Shown: piece by piece, positions 13,150-26,024 of the stretch
Position numbering within the stretch: the stretch's first letter is position 1
Layout: every line of letters begins with the position of its first letter
Origin: Phoronis australis
Lineage: Eukaryota; Animalia; Phoronida
NCBI GenBank assembly: GCA_002633005.1
Contig: NMRA01000616.1
Location: forward strand, 1-64,000
DNA: 64,000 nucleotides
Direction of reading: 5' to 3'
Program-made: the position numbers and the translations under genes
The notes under the pieces: model-generated
What the model was told of the DNA's origin: nothing
What the model saw: only the letters and a program-made list of their open reading frames with translations
The model's database searches: none

Positions 13150-13530
13150 ATGCCAAGATATTCGGCCTCAAACAGAGGTGACTCGAGTGAGCTATGGAGG
13201 AAATAGCCTTGGAGGACAGGTTTCTGTTTCCGATGCACGTGAAGAACTTTAGTAATTTGATGCATTGAACTGCATATCCCACTCTGATTCGCAATTGGCA
13301 ATTAAGTTTGTTGATATCCAGTCTTCTTGGTTCTGGAAGGAGCGGTAAGAATGCAGTCAGCTGCAAGGAAGCGCATGTTAGGAACATAACTGCCATATGT
13401 AAAATTTGAAAATGGCTAATCACTAAGCTATAATAAATCAGGCCTTGATGACCCATATCAGTCCTTCCATCTATCTCCAAACATAAATCGTCTACGAGCA
13501 ACTTTACACATATCCAATACATTATGAATT
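13150..13530 (-). mobile_element. Highly degraded CR1/L2-like RT fragment
   Basis: Remnants such as LLVDDLCLEIDGRTDM, WDMQFNAS and EAEYLGI. Confidence 0.45.
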
Positions 13531-13544
13531 CTTATACATTTCTC

Positions 13545-14700
13545 AGCATTGGTTTCGGACCACTCACGCGACTGAACAAGCAGCCCTTGAGCTGATCAAC
13601 AGAGTCTACGAATACCTTAAGTTGATAATAACTTCACCCTAATAGCTGTATTCATGGACTTTTCAAAGGCATTTGACACAACAGACCATAACACCTTACT
13701 ACAAAAACCATCAACATATTGTATCCTGAACACAGAACTAATCTGGTTTTCTAGTTATGTACACAACAGGTCACTATATGTTGCATACAATAATATTTCA
13801 TTGTCATTATAAAACATATCTACTGGGGTTTCCCAAGGCTCAATATTAGGCCCACTGTTCTTCATAATTTGCATTAATGATCTTCACTGCGTAACCCAAT
13901 AAGTGTCCTCGTGTACACTGATGATGCTTGTCTACTCACTCCTATAGTTCTCAGCTCATCGAGAGCAAACAACGCAGATTTTATTAACAATCGATTTATC
14001 AATGGCTTTGAGCAAATAACGTCTATTTAAACATCTCACAAACGAAATGCATGCTACTTCACTTCAGGCCGAATGGAATAAATAATAGCTCAGACCTAAC
14101 ACATTTTTAATTTACCTGAAACACTACAAATTCTTAGGAATACACATTGTTTCTGTTTCTGTGGTGACGTCAGAGGGTAGGCACCGGGTTAGTCTCTGGC
14201 CCTCCTCCTTCGAGTATTGCACGCAATGTAAATTTGGAGATGCATCCAAGTTCGTGCAGGTTACACACTCTTCGATCTTTTCCCCTGATACGAGTTTTTG
14301 CTGCATCTCCGTATTGCCATCCTCGCTCTATGAGGCGCTTTGTTGCCCATCTCTCCTGCTGTTGTACAATCGCGGCATCTGTAAGCAATTCACGCACTCT
14401 GGAGATTCCTAAAGTAAACTGCGTATTATCTAAACTCAAAAACTATTTTCCTACTCACATCTTACAATTAATATCTCGACTTACATGTAGATAACTGTTT
14501 GGGCATTTGGCGATTGTACAAGTTAAAAAAGGTCATAAAAAAGCTATCCGAAATATCAGCAAATCTCCTTTTCTTTGCCAAACTCGAGCAATTTGTAAAA
14601 CTCTAAAAATATTATAATTGAGGGTATATTTACATTATCTTGCTGCAAAATATAAACAAAATGCTCCCTAAGTGGTTTCACAACATATTTTACTTGTTTA
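13545..14700 (+). mobile_element. Degenerate CR1/L2-type LINE RT region
   Basis: HATEQAALELINR, IAVFMDFSKAFDTTDHNTLL, IWFSSYVHNR, TGVSQGSILGPLFFIICINDL, YTDDA, with stops and frameshifts. Confidence 0.85.
14148..14405 (-). mobile_element. 3' fragment of a LINE related to the 7360-7817 element, inserted in the CR1/L2 relic
   Basis: RLIERGWQYGDAAKTRIRGKDRRVCNLHELGCISKFTLRAIL aligns by eye with RLTELHVVRGSGTRTTLRGESRYRINQLNMGTISSVTLSLLL; short (GAAACA)n tail after the stop. Confidence 0.6.
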
Positions 14701-15402
14701 TTAAAAAAAGTTTACACATTTTAATTTACATTTTAATTCATTCCTCTCAGTCCCACCATATGGCGTGACTGTTTTCACTCAGACCCTGTTGCTGTCTGGA
14801 AAGGTAATCTGAACAATGTATCTCACAGGTTGATAATGCCTTCAGGAATGATAGAAGGAAGAAATTTATTGGTTTAAAGTTAAATATATCTAGGATATTC
14901 CCAGTTTTCTAGCCAATGACGATTGAGACGCCAGGCTATGTTATAACTTATTGTTTGTGAACGTAATCTCTATTGGCTTGTTATTTTTGGACTTAAGAAC
15001 CATTTTTCACAAGCTAATTATCAGTTCAAGGAAACCCAACAAGCGTGTTAACTTTGTAGCGATTGTTGCAGTAACTTTTGAAAGTTAATACAGATGTTCT
15101 TCCATCAAACATAGTATGTTTGTTTGATTTGAAGACTAGATTTAAGCTAATTGCTCTTAATTGGTGCCTAATTTGATTTGTATTATATAACACTGGTGTC
15201 ACCACTTAATCATCTGCGAAGGTTCTCCTGTTTATTTTATTGGAACTGACCAGATAGTGACAAAACGCCCAATTATTGGCAACATTCTACTCTGTCACTA
15301 GTACTCTGTGCATACACTCACATTGAATTACTACCTTCTTATTACATGGACATTATCTCTGCTGCTCTCTCACAGTTCTTGAAGTTTATTATTGTGGATA
15401 AT

Positions 15403-15714
15403 GTGGATACTGATGGCAGTGAGTGGTCAGATTTAGATATAGATTGGCTCCAGTGATTGTGGTCATGATAGTGTGGATACTGATGGCACTGAGTGGTCAG
15501 ATTTAGATATAGATTGGCTCCAGTGATTGTGGTCATGATAGTGTGGATACTGATGGCAGTGAGTGGTCAGATTTAGATATAGATTGGCTCCAGTGATTGT
15601 GGTCATGATAGTGTGGATACTGATGGCACTGAGTGGTCAGATTTAGATATAGATTGGCTCCAGTGATTGTGGTTATGATAGTGTGGATACTGATGGCACT
15701 GAGTGGCCAGATTT
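15403..15714. repeat. Minisatellite, 70-bp unit x ~4.4
   Basis: gtggatactgatggca[g/c]tgagtggtcagatttagatatagattggctccagtgattgtggtcatgatagt starts at 15403, 15473, 15543, 15613 and 15683. Confidence 0.95.
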
Positions 15715-16819
15715 CAGTGATCTAGATTATGATGAGGATTTGCCACAAGGAAAATCTTCTTGGCGTGTTTTCTAGAAATTTAAATGGGTGATTTACAAAC
15801 AAAGCAAAAAGCAAAACTTGTCGTGTTCAACTCTTTATCAATATTAATCTTGAATAAGATTTATATCAAGATGAAGCTCATTTAAACAAGACATATTACT
15901 GAAGATATGGTATGTATATGTTTATTAATGACTAAGTAATGAGATTTTAATGATGTGCAGTGCTTCTGACCTAGTTCTGAGTGAAATACGCCCCGACTTC
16001 AAGGGGGCAGACATTCTTTATGCCGTATGACGCTGATGGAAAATGATTGTACTCTATCTAATCATAAACATCTAAAATCGTCAACATATGTAACAATGAC
16101 TCGTGAACAATTACATTGTAAAAGCGAGAAAAATATTTAATAGGAGACATTTAGTTGAACATAACGTTTCAAGTATGCAACTGTCAACGGCGGGAAAAAC
16201 AGCCATGTGATTAAGGGCTTGACGGCTGCACTTGAAACGTTCGGCTCAACTAATTACATGTGTTCTCTAGTAAGAAAATTTTCTAGATTTTACCATCATC
16301 GCACGGGACAACGATCAACATTTTTAACCGAACAAATTACATTCTCCGCAACAGTTCACCAGCATCTTTCACATGGGAATCCACCAATACCTGCGTCTCG
16401 CCCTATTCTGCGCTGTTTACAATACGCAGTCCAACACATTTGCATAACTTCAAAGGTTATATTCACTGCCTCCACAAACACGAGACTGTCGCAAATGTAA
16501 CCCATTGAAACAAGGTCGTCACTAGTGTAGCGATCTGCATCGTCACCCACAACGAAATCATCCAATCGTGCCGAGCGAACTTTGATACGCCGTAAAGTAT
16601 TACAATTTCGTAAAATGTAACAATTGGTACAATTTACGTCGAATGCACTTCTGCGAAATGTACCATTGTTACATTCTTCGAAAGCGTCGTCATATTTCAC
16701 GAGTTCGCTTGGTATTTGTCACACGGAGAAAAACGGTGCTCGGAATGAAATTCTGTCAAATGTGCAAGCTTTCTATTTTTCTTTAATATGAACAGTATCC
16801 TGGTGTAGTCAAAAATGTA

Positions 16820-17844
16820 ATCAGCATAGCAAATGAAATGTCATACAAAATGCTTATCAACGTTGTTTTCTCGGAGTCCATACATTCGCGCCAAATGTAG
16901 CCGTTCAAGGTCAACATGGTCTGGCATGATTCAGCCTTGTGACGTAAAATTCAAATGATCAGACTCTGGAATGATTTAGTCACAATAGAGGATGCCACTG
17001 TTACTAAGACAATTTTTCTTTGGAATTGTAAGTCGCAACAAAAACTGATCTTAAGAATTAAAATGCATTCTTTGTACAGATCTGAAAGCTGGGTAGCGTG
17101 CAATATTCTGCTAAGGAAACTGACTGACAATTGATCAGATCAGATTCAAACAGCGCTCAAACTGAGAACGCTAAAACCATTAAAAATGCATTTGAAACAG
17201 AACTACGCAATAAACTTCGACTTGAGCTATCTTTACGATCAATTCTTGCTCAGTTTCGCTGTAGAATACTTCCTCTGAGAGTAGATTGAAACGGGACGCT
17301 TTATGTATGCAGGTTTATTCTTGGAGGGCAGACTGTGTGAGACATGTCACGCAGGACAACTTAGGGATGAGTTCCATTTTTTGTTTCATGGTTGTGTATA
17401 TGACAGTATTATAGAAAAAACGATTGATGGTTTTCACACTACATTTACTAATAGCCTTGCCCCCCAGTCATTCTTGAACATTGTCTTTTTATGTGCTAGT
17501 GGCTTACTTATGTAAGAACCATACGTTCTTTAGCTAAATATCTCAGGGATGCTTTTTCAATAACGACATTAAATTTGCGCTATTCCGTTTCGTAACTCCT
17601 GTTGCTGTTATTTGTGAGGCATCTCTCACAGTTCCTTCCATGTTCTTCCATGTTTCTTTCGATGTTGTGATTAATTAATTATTGTTTGTTTATTTGATGC
17701 AGTAATGTACACACACACACAGATTCTTCCATCTTCCTCCATGCTTAATGTCGTTAATTAATTTGTAGTACTGTAAGTATCGTCGAGGCTGGGTGTTTCT
17801 TAGGCACAATATACTTAAAAGAAATATTTATTCATTCATTCATT
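16820..17844 (+). mobile_element. 3' end of a CR1/L2-like LINE with (ATTC)n tail, inserted into a second copy of the 1078-2626 family
   Basis: KLRTLK, ILAQFRCRILPL, ETGR, RLCETC...DEFHFLF (C-terminal Zn-knuckle region); ttcattcattcatt tail; host sequence resumes at tgtaccccgtacag as in 1427-1520. Confidence 0.75.
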
Positions 17845-20049
17845 TGTACCCCGTACAGCTTCAACTCCAGGTGAAATAAGTTTCCAGGATCATGTAACAA
17901 GTTTGTTATTGTTAAAGCGTTCTTGCAATCTTTTGTTGGCGCTCATAGGTCATGACCAAGTGTCAGTCTGGTATTTTGCATCAATTTCACGATATGGCGA
18001 TAAAGATAAGACATTTGTTGATCAAAAAACTGTTTCATCTCATTTATTACCTAAACGGTTAGGCCTACTGTCGCTAATTTGACGTACCCTCGCGATGAGT
18101 CAGGGCTGACCTCAGTAGCCGAGCGTTGGCTACGCCTCAGACTTTGCGACCGTACTTCAAACTTATGATTATGCAGTTAATATCATTCGTCATATGCAAA
18201 GAACAGGTAAAATTAGGACAATAAATAATCAAGTTTATATAAAAAGAACCAAAGTGCGAATAAAAAGCAACCAAACAAAGTAACAACGCATATACGCTCA
18301 TATACGTTTTCAAGGACAACATGGCTGGCATTCAGGAATCGTTCCTGAACTGATACGTTGGAACTCAGGTCACGGAAATAGACGGGAATAGTCGATGATT
18401 TTCCGCTCCCCGCAGACGTACAAAATTGTGCTAAAAAGGCTGTTAGTTTGATAACGGAAAGGATGTGAACATTATGCAATGTTACATATTACTTAATTTG
18501 GTATATATTTTTAAGTTTTTGAACTACAATGCCATTTGAGATAAGGACATTAACAACAACAAATCACCAGTGTCTGAATTGACCTATCGCAAGCTCCGCC
18601 CCTATGCGAAAAGTCACGTGATACCCGACATTCGAATGAGATGTAAGAGGCAAATACACTGTCGCTAAACGACGTTCCTAGTGGAATCGATGGGTGTTTT
18701 TGCACTATTTGAAAACGCTTCGACATAGACAAAAGGCTGTGCTTTTCAACAGAGAATCGTACGTTCATGATATGGGAATTTGTAAAGGTGACGATGAAAA
18801 AATGGCTCGAGGAGCCAGCAAAAATCCGAAGAAACCCTCTGCCTCGGGGCCACCTTCACCTGACAAATGACAAGGCCACTGATACGATATTTTCATGTAA
18901 AGCTGAGTATGTACTTTAAAGTCGAATTATCTGTACGATTCCATAGATTTCATGATCTTTCGAATAAAATCAGTGAAGATTCACCGATATTTTTATTCTG
19001 TCGTCTGCTAAATTTCGCTAAATAAAAAGTAGGTCACAACTGGTGGGACTCCTGGAGTAAAGTAGGTCATAGATTACAGACAACACATGCACTATAGTCT
19101 CTGACTAGGTCGACTCGACAGCACTGTTTACGCTTTTCTAATCTTGTAACGAAATATTTTTATAAAAAAATTCAGGTTCATAGCTCATGTACACGTTCAT
19201 CTCGTCCTAGGCAAACAGTTAGCTCCGGCGGTGTAGGTCTAGGGCTGTGTCTAAGTCAGTCAAGTTAATGTCTTGAACTCAGTGGCGGATCTAGGATACC
19301 ACAAGGGAGGTCCAACATGTTGCCTCGTGGAATTGGACAAAGTGCAATTGTATGTACACAGGCGGCCCGAAAGTTGCAGGGGCCTAGGATGCANTTTGTC
19401 CGGGAGAGATGTTCAGTTGAACGCCAGCCTACGGGTTTATGACTAACAAAAATGTACCTCTGTTAGGTTGAAATAAATAAAAAAAAAACAAAATAAAAAT
19501 GTCCTTGAAAACAACCGCTAGAATGCTGAGATCCAGCAGGTCTTGTGTCGAGACAAAGGCGGCCAGACGTACATGTAGGAAACTCGGGAGTCACAATCTG
19601 AGATAGCCCTTCACCATAGCCACCAAGCTGAAAAGTGCGTATCTTGGAACTAATATATTTGTGTTTATTATAGCCTTCGAGTTATCAAGCAACATCGTTA
19701 AGTTCAGTTGCTCGTGTGGCCGTACAGTTTGATCCATAGTTAACGCTTTTCAACATCATTTTTCGGCTTAGGACATGCCAAAAATGACGGGATATTATTC
19801 TGGAGCAGCATAACGGCTGTCGGTGCTACACACGCCATATCAACACCGTTTCCCCATTCTTAGCGGACAGTTTCTTGAGCTATAGACTAAAGTAAGTTTT
19901 ACTCGACTACGTGTGGTTTGTCGGGTATAATGGTGGCTTGGAAAAGCAGACGAAGGTGTGCCAAGAATGCTTTGTTCTGATTGGTCAATTAAGCCATCCG
20001 TCATAATCCTGGCGATAGGTCAATTGACGAGCGTAACTTAAGGCCACAG

Positions 20050-21200
20050 CTCATTTCGCATGAAATACAGCACACCACCGCAGTTCCCAATGTACACTCT
20101 TTTCTTTCAAGGTTATAAAGCCTTCTAAAATAAACTCATACATTTGGGTCGCCCATGTTTCCTGCAGTGCAACAATATCAAAACGCTCGAAATAATTGGT
20201 AATGTCTGGATGATCCATTTCGTTTTTCAAGGCATTTGCATATTGACAAACTGCTGAACGTAATGAATGGGGCCACATTTCGGCCTTGACGTAACCCCTA
20301 ATACATGGTGTGATCTGAAAATTGCTGCACCGCTTGGAATTCATGGCAATATCAAAGCTTCTTACCGTCGATGAACGTCTTATGAAGATTTACGACTGTA
20401 TTTAATTTTCCTTCCTGCCTCGCACGTGTTACTAGTGGAGAAAATGCCTTCCGTACCCCTTTGACTTTTCTCCAGAAATCTAATGTGACTCTGTGACGCG
20501 TAGTTCTCCTTAATTTTTCTCTAACATAATTAAGCGCCTTTTCACGATTTATGTAGTTCCCTGGCTTGACAACGACGGGTCGGTAAAAACCGGGGCGCCG
20601 GTGAGAGTATAAATGATGAGCACGTTCAATAGATGTGTCCCTTGATTCTGCCTCGGACATTTCCACCACATTTTGGAAGACATCAACAACTTTGGACTCA
20701 TAATCATTCCTCGATTCTTAAGTGTCAGAATATTTAATGCCATGTATAATCACGTTATCTGTCTATGACTGGCCTTCCGTATAATCTACAGCGTTCGCCA
20801 GATGCAACACTGTTTTCTTCAACTGGATGTTTTCATCTCTTACAGCCTCCATATTTGTACTCAGGTCTTTTACATTCGACATCAAAACTTCCATTACGTC
20901 AAGCTCTTGCAGTTTGGAGGTAATGTCATTCAATTTTGACATAACGTCGGAGTCCTCACCATGACGAGGTGAAGCAAAATGGCGAATGCCCCCTTGATGT
21001 CTGGTAGAGTTAGACGGTTCAGCTTTTGGTTTGCTTGCAAGCACACTTTTTGACCTGGAGCTTTTCGCAGTTTCGGAAGGCGTATTGATTGTTTCTTTTG
21101 TTTGTAGGTAAACAAGTTGAGCCTTTTATTATCAAAAAATCGCCAGGAGCTAATTTCCAACATTCTCTCCCATCTTGGACGCTTGCGCTAGTGAAAAAGA
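20050..21200 (-). mobile_element. 5' portion of a LINE: 5' UTR, ORF1 (coiled-coil + RRM + CTD) and start of the APE endonuclease
   Basis: ORF1 remnants: coiled coil MSKLNDITSKLQELD...LEGQS-like region, SIERAHHL...RPVVVK...RVTLDF...VRKAF...KTFIDGK. ORF2 start DIVALQETW...FILEGF. CAAGATGG (YY1-like) on the - strand at about 21170-21177. Confidence 0.8.
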
Positions 21201-21278
21201 GCCCTACCACCTTATCTTGGCACCCGATTCTTTCAAATACCCATGTTTTTATGTTTAATTTGCAGAAACTGTCCGAAC

Positions 21279-21887
21279 ATGCCATCTGAAAGAGAAAACG
21301 TCATATGGCGTCTAGTGGCCATATTTGCCGTTATCACTGCCGTTGCGTTGGCGATTGCCCTCGGCGTTGTTTCACAGCAAGGGAAATCAAACTCAGTAGC
21401 AGAGCCAAACGTTCAAGGAGGACCGTCCTGCAACCACGACCTTCCGATAACCCCTCGTGACCTTGCCAACCCTAGCACGTTTGAAGATCTAACCGTCGAC
21501 GAGCTTGTGAGTGTTCGTGATTATATAAATAAGGCGCTGAATCTGGTGCCATTTGATGTTGTCAAGAAAACGAGAAAACTTTCATCTGGTTACATCTCGT
21601 CTATTGACCTTCGTCTTCCAAAAAAGGCGGACGTTTTAAATTACATCGATTCCAAAGGTCCAAAGCCGAGAAGAGAGGCGTTGGCTATCGTCGTACGAGG
21701 TGATCTTTCTCCGCCTCGTCTTGAAGAGTACATCGTGGGCCCATTGCCTAAGCCAAACAAGCACACATTATACAAGAACCCCTCCTACAAGAGAGACCCT
21801 CTTCCTTTTGAATCAAAGTTTATGGACGCGGCAGAAGTGTCTTCGCTGAATGTCATGGTAAAAGAAATTTCTGAGAAATTGTACAAG
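21279..21887 (+). CDS. Copper-containing amine oxidase (AOC1/AOC3 family), coding exon 1: N-terminal signal anchor and D2 domain
   Basis: Acceptor tttgcag ends at 21265, ATG at 21279. Hydrophobic segment LVAIFAVITAVALAIALGVV; motifs FEDLTVDEL, LPKKADVLNYID, PRREALAIV, EYIVGPLP. Donor AAG|GTATGT, phase 0; 203 codons. Confidence 0.93.
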
Positions 21888-22132
21888 GTATGTTCAATTT
21901 ACCAAACAGAGATAACACTATGCGAAATAACCCAAGGAAATTAATGTGCTTTGTTTTCTTGAAGGAATGGTCACAGCATTATGAATGATTGAACCAATGG
22001 GTGAAGAAGTGATTTACTGAAAGATTAAGTGGACGAATTAGTGCGTGCGATCTGTGAGTGAATGATTATAAGTGGGTGGTCATGAGTGTTCATGACAGTG
22101 ATTGCGTGTCTGCGTGAGTGACTTAGCTGAAT

Positions 22133-22282
22133 CATGAGCGGCGCACCATAGGGGGCTGGGGGGGGGGGGCTATAGCCCCCAACTTTTTTAAATGATACGC
22201 TGCACGTGGTCTATAGGCCGATGCACCACAGGGGGACTGCGGGGGCTTTAGCCCCACATTTTTCAGTGCCGCGCCGCCCATG
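22133..22282. mobile_element. GC-rich MITE (CATGGGCGGCGC...GCGCCGCCCATG family) with 5-bp TSD
   Basis: TIRs catgagcggcgc / gcgccgcccatg; TGAAT on both flanks. Related copies near 30735, 45227-45298 and 56139-56199. Confidence 0.75.
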
Positions 22283-23476
22283 TGAATAAGCGAAAGAGGT
22301 GAGATAGTGCAGGAATGAATAAATGAGTGATATGAGTGAGTGAGTTACTCAGTCAGTGACTGACCTACAGTACAGACACCGAATTATTGGAGTTTGTGCT
22401 GTCTGTCTCACAGCTAGCCAGCTACATGTAGGAGCGTAGCCGGAAAGCAGGCGTGAGAGAAATCAGTCAAGGGTCTTCTCTCGGTTACTCTCCGGGGAGC
22501 CCTCACGCGTCCGGTTTGGTCAACGCCATCGTCATGCTTTGGTCGCGCCTACCTCACACGTACCTCACGCTTCGTCGCACTTTCGGTTACTGTGGTAAAC
22601 CGTGATGGTTCATTAAAATAACTAGATATGCGCGTACAGGTTGCGTTGGTTTACCTTTCGAGTAAGCCGTCAATTTGGTTGAGTAGTTATTTTTCAGTAG
22701 TTCCGAATAACTCCGTCATTTCATGTATTGGCCGTACGAACGTCTTTCTTTCACTCGTCGGACTTTATGTTACCACTCCAAAGCATGTCCCACCAACGAT
22801 TTTACCGTGGCTAGTAAGCAGTAAGTCAAACAAACCCAAGCCTCCACTCGCGTTAATATCGTTTTTACATGCAACTGGGTGCGGGTTAAAAAGGTTTCGG
22901 ATCATTTTTTTATTTTCTGAAGCACAATGACAATTAATTTGCTGAAAATTTAATTTCACATACACGGTTACACGGTCTGAAATTCTAAATTATATTTAAC
23001 CGTACTGGCGAATGCCGCGAAGCCGACATCGGGCAGTACCTCAGTTAACAGATATCAGTATTGTAAACAAGGAATGACCGGTAAAATAATCACAAACCTT
23101 ACCTTTGTATAAAGTCATGCTTACTTCCCCTCGTAGAAGCACCCTTTCCACGCAATCTCAGATTCAGTTGGCCCGGCTGCAAGCCATTTCACCATGTATT
23201 TAAAGGGCTCGCGAAATCGAGGCTGCTTCATCTATCACCACTAGTACACGCGCGCCCTCTAGTAACGTAAGAATTGTCGAATAGCCCCATTCTATTTAGG
23301 CTACGAAAATCAAAGCTCAGCCATATACCTCAGGACTGAATATCAACGTTTTTTATCCTCAAGTGTTCCGGCAGACTCCAGCTCTCAAGTGCGTTCAAAA
23401 ATGTGTACTAAAATAAGTTTACTATCATTGTCAGACATGCGTTCAAAAACGTGTACTAAAATAAGTTTACTATCAT

Positions 23477-24187
23477 TGTCAGACAGTCTGACAGTATTTT
23501 TAGTTGTATTGTTTTGTTTTGTTATTCTGTTTGATTGGCATGACCCCTGAGTTAAGTACAGTGTAGAACTTTCTAGAAGACTGAGGTCAGAACAGTGATG
23601 ATCTAATTTGTTTACTACAGTATAGTTTGGAACTTTCTAGAAGACTCTAGCATGACAGTGATTAATGCAGTCTGGAATATTCTAGACACTAGTATATGTT
23701 TGTAGAATGATTGGGTAGATTCAGGAAGGTTCTAGAATGTGCTTGAATTGCTGTAAAGTTCCAGAACAATGAATTAGGCTACAAATACACTAGCACGGGT
23801 TTGTGTTAGTCAGATCAAGTCGGGAGATCAAGTCAGTTCAAGAAAGTTAATCAGGAGAATTACCAGTTGAGTTGCAGTGAAGAGAATCAGCAGTTACAGC
23901 GATAGTCAATAGAGAGCCAGCTATAGAGACAGCAGGTTATTGAATCGACGGGTGTAACTCTTGCTGAACATGTCTCAGAAGTTCATCACAAGACAAGGCT
24001 TCGCAACACTGGCTGGAGCATAAACAGACATTACATCGGACGTTTTGTTTGAGTAGGCTTGTGAACGTACGATCGGGATTAATAAAGGATTAACTCGAAC
24101 CAGTCTTCAGTCAATCGTCGCACCGAAAGCTATTAGCACCAGTCTGTAAAAACCTGCGCCCACCCACACACGGGGAAAAACGTGACA
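23477..24187 (+). mobile_element. Solo LTR (711 bp) in the amine oxidase intron
   Basis: TGTCA...TGACA termini; perfect 5-bp TSD ATCAT (23472-23476 and 24188-24192); internal TTCTAGAA repeats, a TATA-like box (~23780) and AATAAA (24081). Confidence 0.85.
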
Positions 24188-24225
24188 ATCATGAAAATTA
24201 ATGAGGAATCATAGTGCATGTACTC

Positions 24226-24382
24226 AATGGCGGATTAAGGGGGAGGGGGGCGAGGGAGCCATGCCCCCCTAAAAGTCTCCCAGATTCCATTTGGCAGTAC
24301 GGGGGTGCGAATTTCTGACGGGCAAAATCCAGGCTAATACTCTGCCCTGGTCCCCCCAACTCAAAATCCTGGATCCGCCCTG
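24226..24382. mobile_element. MITE of the CAGGGGCGGATCCAGG family
   Basis: TIRs caatggcggatt / ggatccgccctg. Closely similar inverted copy at 53763-53921 (flanked by ATTCA); partial copies near 25010-25132, 19280, 57330 and 60235. Confidence 0.75.
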
Positions 24383-26024
24383 CTACTATAATAAGAGTAA
24401 ACATGGAATAATAAATCCCTAATTGATAAAAATATGTTTATGTAAAGTTGATGTTATGCTTGCAAGACATGGTAAAAATAAATGCGAACAATCTTAATAT
24501 AAAAAAAATTTCGAAATTGCTATTCAATTTCCTCTTATTCTTTTTATTCTGTTACATTTTCTGAACTTTATTGATGATGTTTAATTCGCATGGATCACTA
24601 TTGGGAACGGCACTACCCACGGGAAACGAGGTCGCCAACCCATTAAGATGCCATTGTCTCGGGAAAACTCACTTCTTGGGCTAATGGCTCGCTAACGGGT
24701 CGTTCACGCCCGAATGACGATAAATTTCGCACACTTGTCTCCAATTATGGGCACACTTAGCTACACCCAGACTAAGTCTAACAACTCGGTAGCTGAGTGA
24801 GATACTGGGTGATTAAGGGAACGCCGTGTTCGAAAGTGGGTGACTTTGGGGATTATTGAGTGAATGTTCGTAAGTTAGTGGGTTTGAGTGAGAAAGTGAT
24901 TGACAGAGAAAGAGAGGCAGTTAATCATGAAACACTTCATTGACTTCGCCGGTTGTACCAGGTCAGCCGACTAAGAGTGTTTCAAGATGACGACTTCCGG
25001 CTTAAAGATCAATCAAAATTCTCCCAGATTCCATTTGACAGTTCGGGGGGGGGGGGGTGCGAATGTCTGACGAGCAACATCCTGGCTAGCGCTCTGCCCT
25101 GCCCCTAATTCAAAATCCTGGATCCGCCTCTGGAATGAGTGTCAGAGAGGGAATGATTTGATTACGCGTGGGTGGGCGACAGGGAGCATATTATTTTATG
25201 GCTATCGCCTACGTCTATGTGTCAGGATGAGTTAATTCACCTCTTGATGAAATATCGATTCGACACTGAGGGAGGGACAATATGGATGGAAAAAGATGAA
25301 TGAATTGCACTAAAGAAAAAAATACATGCAGAGGGACACGACCACAAATTCCATTTTCGGTTGAGCTGGAGACAATTTTTTCATTCAAATAAATGTACGG
25401 ACTGACATGTGTTTGTGTAAGCTCCTCCACTATGTCACTTTAACGGACTATAAACCAGTGCGTAATTCTGTTAAAACAACTTTTGATGTAGGCCATTTAA
25501 CGTTCGAAACAGATCAGAAAAGATTTCTGGGAATGAGAAGAACACGCAGACCAGTATTGTCCAAACTAAGTACATGTACGTGAAGTTCGCTTGTCACAGC
25601 TAATTAGTTTCAGTCACAGAAGCAGCATGGCAGTAAAGTGAATTCCAAGCACTTCCTTTTCACCAACCACAATTCAAACAAAGAATAAAAACGTTACGAC
25701 GTTGCTTTGCCAAAGTTCAAAATCACCTGAGACGAGAAAGAGTGGTTTTTGATAAAAAGGTCCAGGATCAAATTTCAGAACCGACTCGTCTCGGACTCAA
25801 TCCCGAACTTTTACCGATCGCGTTGTATTATTTAATTGAAATTTGTAAGTTTACTTCAAACATGACATGTACGCATTCGGTCAGTTTTCGAGTCGAGTTC
25901 CGAATACAGACTTTGAACTGCAGACATGATATAGAGTAGTAATTGTCTCTTTCTTGACTATTTTTAGGCCCTAGCAAATGGTAACAATAAAATTAAAAAG
26001 ATAATGTTTCGTTTCCTTTCGCAG

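Noticed and set aside
15403-15714. CRISPR-like array
   Set aside because: Units are contiguous and near-identical with no unique spacers, in a eukaryotic context; it is a minisatellite.
21243-21278. ORF-track start of the amine oxidase, plus the extensions 21888-21944 and 26004-26024
   Set aside because: These lie mostly in intronic sequence beyond clear splice sites; the start is better placed at ATG 21279.
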